54,288 bases of DNA from a bacterium (GTDB lineage: Bacteria; Patescibacteriota; Microgenomatia; UBA10105; UBA927): NCBI GenBank assembly GCA_021817785.1, contig JAKAFY010000008.1, positions 1 to 54,288 of the forward strand, given 5' to 3'. Of the stretch, positions 46,864 through 54,288 are shown in pieces (positions within the stretch are counted from its first letter, which is position 1; each line of letters opens with the position of its first letter). Under the pieces are notes generated by a model, which saw only the letters and a list, made by a program, of their open reading frames with translations, had not been told where the DNA came from and did no database searches. The position numbers and the translations under genes were made by a program.

Positions 46864-46901
46864 ATAGACATTCCAAATCCCCATTGCTATACTTTGAATA
46901 T

Positions 46902-47453
46902 ATGGCAAAAAGCGCAGTATGGCTGACCCTCGTTCTTCTCGTCACGTTCGGCTGTGGCTTGGTGTATATCTCCGGCCAGCAGATACTCCGGCAAAATGCT
47001 AACGACCCGCAATTGCAATTAGCAGAGGATATCGCGGCCACCCTCGCAAAGGGTAAGCCGGTATCTTTACCGACGACGTTTACGCCGGCGGTTGATATCG
47101 CCACCAGCCTTGCCCCATATGCCATCATATATGACGATCACGGGGCTCCCCTTGCATCCACGGGATTGCTGCACGGGAAAACTCCCTCTCTCCCACCCGG
47201 GGTGCTTGCGTATACGAAAGAACAAAAACAGGACCGCATCACGTGGCAACCGGAAACTGGTGTGCGAAGTGCCATTGTAGTCACCCGCGTCTATGGAGGC
47301 CAGGGAGGATATGTATTAGTCGGACGGTCGTTGCGGGAAATAGAACTTCGCGAACAACGGCTCTTTTTCTTTGCCGCGTGTGCCTGGGCAGCTTCCATAC
47401 TTACCATTGGGCTGGGATATGCCCTGTCCAAAGAAAAGCGTACGAAGCGTTAA
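46902..47453 (+). CDS. hypothetical membrane protein (N- and C-terminal TM)
   Basis: 183 aa from ATG 46902 (MAKSAVWLTLVLLVTFG...). Confidence 0.5.
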   Translation: MAKSAVWLTLVLLVTFGCGLVYISGQQILRQNANDPQLQLAEDIAATLAKGKPVSLPTTFTPAVDIATSLAPYAIIYDDHGAPLASTGLLHGKTPSLPPGVLAYTKEQKQDRITWQPETGVRSAIVVTRVYGGQGGYVLVGRSLREIELREQRLFFFAACAWAASILTIGLGYALSKEKRTKR

Positions 47454-47592
47454 TCTGCGATTATCGTCCTATAGTCTTCATTGACCGCCACGGGATTTTT
47501 TGATATACTACGGTATTCGAAAATGGCCGTGTTTCAGGTAGACCCCTTCGGTATTTGCCCAATCACTCCGTTGACGAAATTCAGCCGACACT

Positions 47593-49419
47593 ATGCAGAA
47601 CGATATCAGAAACATCGCGATTATTGCCCACGTGGACCACGGGAAAACCACGCTTGTGGACGGCATGCTCAAACAAACACATACCTTCCGTGAAAACCAG
47701 TCGGAGATGACTGCGACCACTATATTGGATAGCAATGATCTCGAACGGGAAAAGGGCATCACGATTCTGGCCAAAAACACCTCGGTCATGTACCACAATA
47801 CCAAAATGAATATTATCGACACGCCCGGACATTCGGATTTTTCCGGAGAAGTGGAACGCGTCATCAATATGGCAGACGGAGCGCTCCTTATCGTAGACGC
47901 AGCGGAAGGTCCGCTTCCCCAGACACACTTTGTATTGCAGAAAGCCATGGAACACAACCTCACCGTCGTCGTCGTGATCAATAAAATAGACAGAAAAGAC
48001 GCGCGGCCGAAAGAGGTCCTCAACGAAATAGAGGAGTTGTTCCTCCGTCTCGCATCCCACGAAGGACATTTAAATTTTCCGGTACTCTACGCCATAGGCC
48101 GCCAGGAAAAAGCATGGGATCACCTTCCGGAAAACTTTGAAGAACCGGGAAATTTACAACCGCTGTTTGAAGCAATTATCAAATATATCCCCGCGCCGCA
48201 GGGAGACCCGGATAAACCGTTTAAAATGCTTGTGACGACACTGGACTTCGACAGTCACAAGGGCAAATTTGCAATCGGAAAAGTCTCACAGGGCAGTGTC
48301 AAAAAAGGCGATCCGCTCGTCATTCTCGACGAGAATACGCCGAAAGGAACGTTCCGGATAGAAGAAGTATTCACGAGTGTCGGCCTAAACCGGGTTCCGG
48401 CAACCGTCGGAGAAACCGGCGACATCATCGCCATTACCGGAAGCAATGATATATCGATCGGACAAACCGTGTCTGATCCGAAAGATCCTACGGGATTTCC
48501 TAAAATACACTTGGAAGAGCCTACCCTGAAAGTTCTTGTCGGGCCCAATACGTCCCCGTTTGCAGGCAGAGAATCTAAATTCGGTACCCCGACGCAGCTT
48601 GCGGACCGGTTGACCCGGGAACTGCAAACCAATATCGGGTTAAAGATCGAACCGAGCCAGACCGGCAACGGGTTTTTGGTGTCAGGGCGCGGTGAACTTC
48701 ATATCGCAGTATTACTCGAAACCATGCGGCGCGAAGGATTTGAATGCCAGGTCGGCAAGCCGGAAGTTATTTTGAAGGAAATCGACGGCGTCACCCACGA
48801 ACCATATGAGGAACTTACGATAGAACTCGATTCCAGCCTCATCGGGATTATCACCGAAGAGATGGGTAAACGGCATGGGGAAATGATCGATACCCACACG
48901 AATGATAAAAATATCACCAAAATGGTCTACAAAATATCGACCCGCAATTTATTGGGATTCCGCGGAGACATCATGACGAAAACCCGCGGGTCGGGCATTA
49001 TTGCTACACGGCTCATCGGTTATTTCCCGCTGACCCCCAAAAAGGCAAAAGTGAGAAACGGCGTGTTGATTTCGCTTGAAACCGGCAAATCCACGGGATA
49101 TGCACTGACGACCGTTCAGGAACGCGGAAAATCCATGATCGGACCAGGAGTGCCCGTGTATGAAGGAATGATCATCGGCGTCAACAATCGCGCTGAAGAT
49201 ATAGACATCAACGTCTGCAAAATCAAGAAACTCACTAACATCCATTCTGCCAACGCAGACGTAGCCATCCAGCTGGATCCGCCGTTGGAAATGAGTTTGG
49301 AACAGGCACTGGATTTCATCGAGGATGATGAATTATTGGAAATTACTCCCCTTTCGTTGCGACTGCGGAAAATCCATCTTTCAAAGACAAACCGCGTTCG
49401 ATCCGCACGCACGGCGTAA
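47593..49419 (+). CDS. typA: translational GTPase TypA/BipA
   Basis: 608 aa with IRNIAIIAHVDHGKTTLVD, DTPGHSDF and NKID, plus EF-G-like domains and the BipA C-terminal region. Confidence 0.92.
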   Translation: MQNDIRNIAIIAHVDHGKTTLVDGMLKQTHTFRENQSEMTATTILDSNDLEREKGITILAKNTSVMYHNTKMNIIDTPGHSDFSGEVERVINMADGALLIVDAAEGPLPQTHFVLQKAMEHNLTVVVVINKIDRKDARPKEVLNEIEELFLRLASHEGHLNFPVLYAIGRQEKAWDHLPENFEEPGNLQPLFEAIIKYIPAPQGDPDKPFKMLVTTLDFDSHKGKFAIGKVSQGSVKKGDPLVILDENTPKGTFRIEEVFTSVGLNRVPATVGETGDIIAITGSNDISIGQTVSDPKDPTGFPKIHLEEPTLKVLVGPNTSPFAGRESKFGTPTQLADRLTRELQTNIGLKIEPSQTGNGFLVSGRGELHIAVLLETMRREGFECQVGKPEVILKEIDGVTHEPYEELTIELDSSLIGIITEEMGKRHGEMIDTHTNDKNITKMVYKISTRNLLGFRGDIMTKTRGSGIIATRLIGYFPLTPKKAKVRNGVLISLETGKSTGYALTTVQERGKSMIGPGVPVYEGMIIGVNNRAEDIDINVCKIKKLTNIHSANADVAIQLDPPLEMSLEQALDFIEDDELLEITPLSLRLRKIHLSKTNRVRSARTA

Positions 49420-49512
49420 CAACCGCTTCTTCAGTTGTCTTTCCGGTACAACGACCATAACTCCATGAAGGTATGTTTATTCTCTATTGCTTTCGGGGAT
49501 AACAGGATATCT

Positions 49513-50604
49513 TTACTCTAGATAATCCTTTAATTTCTTGGAGCGGCTGGGGTGACGCAGCTTCCGCAGTGCTTTCGCCTCGATCTGACGGATACGCTCG
49601 CGGGTGACACCAAATTGCGCACCGACTTCTTCCAATGTCCGTGGTCTGCCGTCTTCCAGGCCAAACCGCAATATCAGCACTTTTTTCTCTCGGTCGGAAA
49701 GTGTTGCCAGTACTTCTTCCATGTGCTCCTTCAGAAGCTGCCGGGACGTCTGATCGTATGGTGTTGGACCCGGGTCGGAAATAAAATCACCGAGGTGGGA
49801 ATCTTCTTCGTCCCCGACAGGTGTTTCCAAGCTCGTCGGTTCCTGGGAAACTTTCATAATTTCGCGCACCTTGATCACGTCCACTTCCATCGCTTTTGCA
49901 ATTTCTTCCGGCGTCGGCTCGCGTCCCAAATCCTGCATCAGCCGGCGGCTGATCCGGGCAAAGCGGTTGATCGTTTCTACCATGTGAACGGGGATTCGGA
50001 TGGTGCGTGCCTGATCGGCGATCGCCCGGGTAATTGCCTGGCGAATCCACCAGGTGGCATACGTCGAAAATTTGTATCCCTTACGCCAGTCATATTTTTC
50101 GACAGCCCGGATAAGCCCCTGATTTCCTTCCTGGATAAGGTCCAATAAACTCATGCCGCGGCCGATATATTTTTTCGCTATGGATACGACCAGCCGCAGG
50201 TTGGATTCGATAAGCTTTTTTTTGGCTTTCCGGTCGCCCTTTTCGTATCGTTTGGCCAGACTGATTTCATCGGCAAAGGTAAGGAGCGGGATCCGCCCGA
50301 TTTCTTTCAGGTACATGCGGACAGGGTCGGAAATTCCTTCATCACTGGCGCGTACTAACGCCTCTATTTCTTTTTCCAGATCGGCAATGCTTTTCCGCGC
50401 TTCCTGTTCCACGTCGGCAGACGTCGTTTCAAACACATCCACGCCGCTTCTGATCAGCTGATCATACAGATGATCCAGATCTTTGATGTGGTCTTCCGGT
50501 TTGGGGAACAACGTCAGAATATCTTCCTGTGTGACAAATCCGTTGGACTTGCCTTGTTTGATGAGGTTGACGGAATTATCCGCCACGGTTTTGGCTTTTT
50601 GCAT
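49513..50604 (-). CDS. rpoD: primary RNA polymerase sigma factor (sigma-70, RpoD)
   Basis: Regions 1.2 to 4.2 are present ([63 protein letters not shown]). I place the start at ATG 50604, which has GGAGGA 6 nt upstream; the track start is 50676. Confidence 0.9.
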
Positions 50605-50705
50605 AGTATTCCTCCGAGAGCCTGGGTCTGCTACAGACTCATGGCTTCGCTTCTCGCCTCTCGGGCGACCCGCCAACTGAGGCGGAATAGCCTATTTTAC
50701 CTTAT

Positions 50706-52490
50706 TTATCCGCCTTTTTCCAGACTCGAAAGGTCGGCGGCTACGTTCCGCAGTTCTTCCTGAAGCGCATCCTGCCGGTCAGTTGATACTGTTTTATCAC
50801 GCAATAACGCCGTTATGTCCTCCATGTGTTTCCGGAATCCCAGTCGTTTAGCCTCCAATACTGCTTTTTTCCACTCGCGGGGGAACCGTTCGTCGTCGTC
50901 CAGAAATCCGGAAATGTCGGATAAAAACGCCTCATCAAACGTCGGCGTAAGCTCAGGAGGCAGCGCATCGGCAAACGCTTTTGTCGCAAATGCGGCATGG
51001 GTGTTGAGATACGAATGCAGTTCTTTTAGGATGGACCGCACCGCCGGATAATGAAACGAATCCGGCGGCATTTCGTTTTGGAGTTCGATAAAAAGCTGCG
51101 GAGTCTTCCCCTGCACCAAAAGACTCAACAGATATAATTCCGCCTTTTCCACCCTCGTCAACGTTGCTTCAGCGTGGTCTGTATCTTTTTTGACCTCTCC
51201 CAGCGGCCGTCCTTTGGCTGCACGGACGCGAGTCAGCCCCTCCTGCACCGTTTCGTCGGATACGGCAAGCGCCTGGGCAAGCGCGCGGACATAGTGGCCC
51301 TGGACGATGGGGTTATCTATTTTGGTGAGTATGGGCAGCAACTCCTCGGATATTTTTTTCTTTCCGTATGACGTTGCTCCGTCATATCGTTTGAGTGCGG
51401 ACGACAAAAAATAATCATAAATGGGGACGGCTTCCTTTACCGCCTTTTTTAACAAGCCGGGATTTTCCCGGGCGGCTTCATCCGGATCCTTGCCGGACGG
51501 GATGGAAAGGACGCGCATATCAAATCCGTTTTTTTCCGCGATATCTATTCCGCGACGGGCGGCCGCGTCACCGGCCATGTCGCTATCCAGCGCAAATACC
51601 AGCCGGTCGGTAAATCTCCGGAGCAAACGCGCATGGTCTTCCGTTACTGCTGACCCTTTGATCGCCACGACATTTGATATTCCCGCCTGAAACGAAGAAA
51701 TCACATCCAGTTCCCCCTCCATGATGATTGCTTCATTGGCTTTTTGAATCGCATCTTTGGTTACATCCAGTGCGTACAGGACTTTCCCCTTGGTATAGAC
51801 GGGCGTTTCTGACGTATTGATATACTTGGCTTCTTTTGCGTCCGGATCAAAGACCCTGCCGGAAAACCCAAGCACGTTGCCCCGATGGTCCTTGAGGGCA
51901 AACATCACCCGTCCGCGGAACCGGTCATAGTATCCGCGGCCGCCCCGGATAGCCAATCCTGCGCGTTCCAGCAGGGAGTCGTCGTACCCCTTTTTCCGGA
52001 GAAAACTTGCCAGTCCGTCCCAGTCGTTGGGGCTATATCCCAATGAAAACGTTTCTATGGATTTATCCGATATCCCCCGGTGCTTAAGATAGCTCCTCGC
52101 ATGGTCGCCGATCGCATGATTGGTAAGTAGGTAATGATAGTATTCGCCGGCTAAATGATTTACCTCGAGAATTTTCTGCCGGAGTTTTGCTTCGGGAGTA
52201 TCGGCAAACCGCCGTTCTAATTTGACACCAGCCCGTTCCGCAAGCGTTTCCAATGCTTCGGCGAAATCCACATGGTCAAACAGCATGACAAAATCAAATA
52301 CGCTCCCGCCTTTCCCGCATCCGAAACAGTGGAACGTCTGCCGGTCGGGAGACACCATAAACGAGGGGGATTTTTCCGTGTGGAACGGACACAACCCCTT
52401 AAAGTTTCTCCCCGCGTTTTTGAGCGTCACGCGTTCGCCGATGACGTCTACAATATTTAACCGCGCTTTGATTTCATCTATGTCACTCAT
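50706..52490 (-). CDS. dnaG: DNA primase DnaG
   Basis: It has a zinc finger (CPFHTEKSPSFMVSP...FHCFGCGKGG), a TOPRIM domain (IIMEGELDV...DSDMAG) and a helical C-terminal domain. I place the start at ATG 52490 (MSDIDEIK...); the track uses TTG 52511. Confidence 0.9.
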   Translation of the reverse strand: MSDIDEIKARLNIVDVIGERVTLKNAGRNFKGLCPFHTEKSPSFMVSPDRQTFHCFGCGKGGSVFDFVMLFDHVDFAEALETLAERAGVKLERRFADTPEAKLRQKILEVNHLAGEYYHYLLTNHAIGDHARSYLKHRGISDKSIETFSLGYSPNDWDGLASFLRKKGYDDSLLERAGLAIRGGRGYYDRFRGRVMFALKDHRGNVLGFSGRVFDPDAKEAKYINTSETPVYTKGKVLYALDVTKDAIQKANEAIIMEGELDVISSFQAGISNVVAIKGSAVTEDHARLLRRFTDRLVFALDSDMAGDAAARRGIDIAEKNGFDMRVLSIPSGKDPDEAARENPGLLKKAVKEAVPIYDYFLSSALKRYDGATSYGKKKISEELLPILTKIDNPIVQGHYVRALAQALAVSDETVQEGLTRVRAAKGRPLGEVKKDTDHAEATLTRVEKAELYLLSLLVQGKTPQLFIELQNEMPPDSFHYPAVRSILKELHSYLNTHAAFATKAFADALPPELTPTFDEAFLSDISGFLDDDERFPREWKKAVLEAKRLGFRKHMEDITALLRDKTVSTDRQDALQEELRNVAADLSSLEKGG

Positions 52491-52520
52491 GGCGGATGCA
52501 GAATAGCACAAATGCGAAGT

Positions 52521-52991
52521 TTAGCGAAGTATCGGAAGCGTGTGAGGCGCCACTCGATACGTAAGATAAAGTGACACTGCCTCACCATGATCAAATGCGA
52601 GATCATCAGGCGGGGGCAACTTGCGTATCGGTACCCAAGATATCTCTGTAGATTCCCAATCATTTTCACCGGTTTTCCGAATAGGATTCACAATAAAATA
52701 GAATGCAACATTTTGTCGATCTTCATGTGGTCGATGAGGGTCAGTTTTAATAAAAAATAATGACAGCACTTCTCCTTCCCAGCCGGTTTCTTCTTTAAGT
52801 TCCCGTAATGTGCAGTCAGCTGCGGTTTCATCGCGGCTAAGAAACCCCGAAGGTAGTGACCATTTTCCACCTTCGGAAATTTTTGGTGATCGTTTCACTA
52901 AGAGAAGCGATTCATCTTTTTCCACAATCGCATGAACCACGACATGCCGCAAATTCGCCTGCTTTCCATTTTCAAACGTACAGGTAATCAT
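52521..52991 (-). CDS. NUDIX hydrolase
   Basis: 156 aa with the Nudix box SGFLSRDETAADCTLRELKEETGWEG. It has an ATGA overlap with the upstream ROK gene. Confidence 0.8.
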   Translation of the reverse strand: MITCTFENGKQANLRHVVVHAIVEKDESLLLVKRSPKISEGGKWSLPSGFLSRDETAADCTLRELKEETGWEGEVLSLFFIKTDPHRPHEDRQNVAFYFIVNPIRKTGENDWESTEISWVPIRKLPPPDDLAFDHGEAVSLYLTYRVAPHTLPILR

Positions 52992-53818
52992 ATGAATCCG
53001 TTGTATGCCAACCCGCCGAAGAGCCCCGGCTCGGATAATTCTGCCCGCATGACCTTTGGGATGTCAAATATGGGAAGCAGGTACGTTAATTCTTTTTGCA
53101 ACGGAGCGATAAATTTATCAAAGCTCTGTGCCACTCCGCCGCCGATAACCATGATCTCTGGAGACCACAGCACAATCATGTTTGCCAGGCCAACCGCAAT
53201 AAGTTTTGCGTATCTCCCCCAAACATCGGGGTCCGTACATACTTCGGCTGGCATGCCGAATAATTTTTTAAATGCAGTGCCCGAAGCATACGATTCGTAG
53301 CAGCCGCGTTGTCCGCAGCTCCAGACATCCGTTTCACAAACATTGACGATCTGGTGCGCGGGTTCCAATCCGTATATATGAGGAACTATTGTTTTATTAT
53401 GGATGAGTCCCCCGCCGATCCCGGAACTGATGGTGAGGTATCCTACCTGATCATACAGTTTCCCTGCGCCATATACTGCTTCCCCAAGTGCTGCAATATT
53501 GGCATCGTTTTCCAACAACAAAGTGGCCTTGGGAAATGCTTCGGACAGGGGCGCGAATATGCTTTTGCCCCACCAGGTATGTTTTTGACCCCACACCAGA
53601 AGAGTGCCCTGTTTTCGGTCAACGGAACCCGCTGCGGCAACCACAATTTTATCCGCGTGCTGCGTATGTTTTCGTACAGCACCAACTATCGATACCATCT
53701 CCTTGTCAAACGCATCGGATGTTGCAAAGCGCTCAATTGCCGAAAAAGTTTGACCATCTGAAGATACCCCCACCCGGGTGGTTTCACCGCCGATATCTAC
53801 GCATACCGTCATCGCCAT
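52988..53818 (-). CDS. ROK-family sugar kinase (glucokinase-like)
   Basis: 276 aa with an N-terminal ATP-binding CVDIGGETTRVG, GIGGG, and the Cys/His motif CETDVWSCGQRGCYE. Confidence 0.75.
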   Translation of the reverse strand: MAMTVCVDIGGETTRVGVSSDGQTFSAIERFATSDAFDKEMVSIVGAVRKHTQHADKIVVAAAGSVDRKQGTLLVWGQKHTWWGKSIFAPLSEAFPKATLLLENDANIAALGEAVYGAGKLYDQVGYLTISSGIGGGLIHNKTIVPHIYGLEPAHQIVNVCETDVWSCGQRGCYESYASGTAFKKLFGMPAEVCTDPDVWGRYAKLIAVGLANMIVLWSPEIMVIGGGVAQSFDKFIAPLQKELTYLLPIFDIPKVMRAELSEPGLFGGLAYNGFI

Positions 53819-53854
53819 ACTGCATGATTGTACGGTTTCCTGTATACTACTTCA

Positions 53855-54112
53855 ATGAATACCGTGCACACGATTGTCGGCTTGCTCGCGTCTACCACTG
53901 CGTCGCTCATCTTTTTTCCGCAGGTACTTACCTCCTACAAAAGCAAAAAAACAAAAGACCTTTCGTGGTCGGGAATATATATCGGACTCGTAAACGGCGT
54001 GCTCTGGATTATCTACGGCGCGATGAAGGGCGATCCGTTTATTTATGTCACCAATACTATTTTATTTATCGGGGCCTTTTTGCTGTTGCTCCTGAAAAAG
54101 CGGTACGGCTAG
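53855..54112 (+). CDS. SemiSWEET / PQ-loop sugar transporter
   Basis: 85 aa from ATG 53855 with 3 TM segments and the PQ motif FFPQVLTSYKSKKTKDLS. It is divergent from the ROK kinase gene. Confidence 0.7.
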   Translation: MNTVHTIVGLLASTTASLIFFPQVLTSYKSKKTKDLSWSGIYIGLVNGVLWIIYGAMKGDPFIYVTNTILFIGAFLLLLLKKRYG

Positions 54113-54125
54113 TGGTCACACGCAA

Positions 54126-54288
54126 TTAGGCAGATCCGCCCAATGTTCCAGCAATCCATCCGGTTGACCATGCCCAGGATAAATTAAATCCTCCAACCTG
54201 GCCGTCTACATTGAGAATTTCCCCCGCGACAAACAACCCCTTTGCTTTTTTGGATTCTAACGTGGCGATGTCAATTTCCGACGTTTCG
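54126..54288 (-). CDS. C-terminal fragment of an HI0933/BaiN-like flavoprotein (N-terminus beyond the window)
   Basis: The reverse-complement translation is ...ETSEIDIATLESKKAKGLFVAGEILNVDGQVGGFNLSWAWSTGWIAGTLGGSA*, with the stop at 54128..54126. This C-terminal motif is typical of HI0933-like FAD proteins. It is not in the track because it is edge-truncated. Confidence 0.65.
   Translation of the reverse strand, partial: ETSEIDIATLESKKAKGLFVAGEILNVDGQVGGFNLSWAWSTGWIAGTLGGSA

Noticed and set aside
47508-48069. Minus-strand ORFs of 171 and 162 aa.
   Set aside because: They are antisense to typA/bipA, whose identity is unambiguous.
1-54288. CRISPR arrays, rRNA genes, tmRNA, RNase P RNA, SRP RNA and further tRNAs.
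   Set aside because: I saw no spaced short repeats and no hallmark motifs while scanning the intergenic regions. A covariance-model scan is still needed to exclude small RNAs.

Overview
Gene-dense 54.3-kb chromosomal segment with about 65 supportable protein genes. The gene content suggests a small-genome, wall-bearing bacterium, possibly Patescibacteria/CPR-like: class II RNR with NrdR, two PBP1A, an RRM protein, a DUF5667-like protein, several GT-C-like membrane proteins and four NUDIX hydrolases. That lineage call is an inference only. Recognisable units are an nrdR-nrdJ-pduO operon, Fe/Mn SOD, a GapN-like aldehyde dehydrogenase, tandem PBP1A paralogues, a MacAB-like ABC efflux operon, an ECF sigma module, two ArsR-headed redox/stress cassettes, typA/bipA and a ROK-NUDIX-dnaG-rpoD operon. 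The most notable feature is not an ORF. At 24758..25038 a tRNA-Asn(GUU) gene is split in its anticodon loop by a 209-nt ORF-less group I intron, which the ORF track hides under a spurious 93-aa ORF. Directly 3' of this tRNA is a visibly AT-richer accessory block (about 25039..31710, right edge uncertain). It holds small orphan, stress and membrane genes plus one gene remnant, and I could find no integrase or att repeat. Other points are two NrdR boxes over the nrdR promoter and a tandem 37-bp palindromic repeat at 1909..2005. There is also an edge-truncated ORF of at least 596 aa that is missing from the track. Two ArsR genes have palindromic operators on apparently leaderless promoters, one protein is a DUF302-glutaredoxin fusion, and the second PBP1A has a repeat-bearing N-terminal extension. 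I saw no CRISPR array, rRNA, transposase or integrase. All family calls come from motif recognition by eye and need database confirmation.
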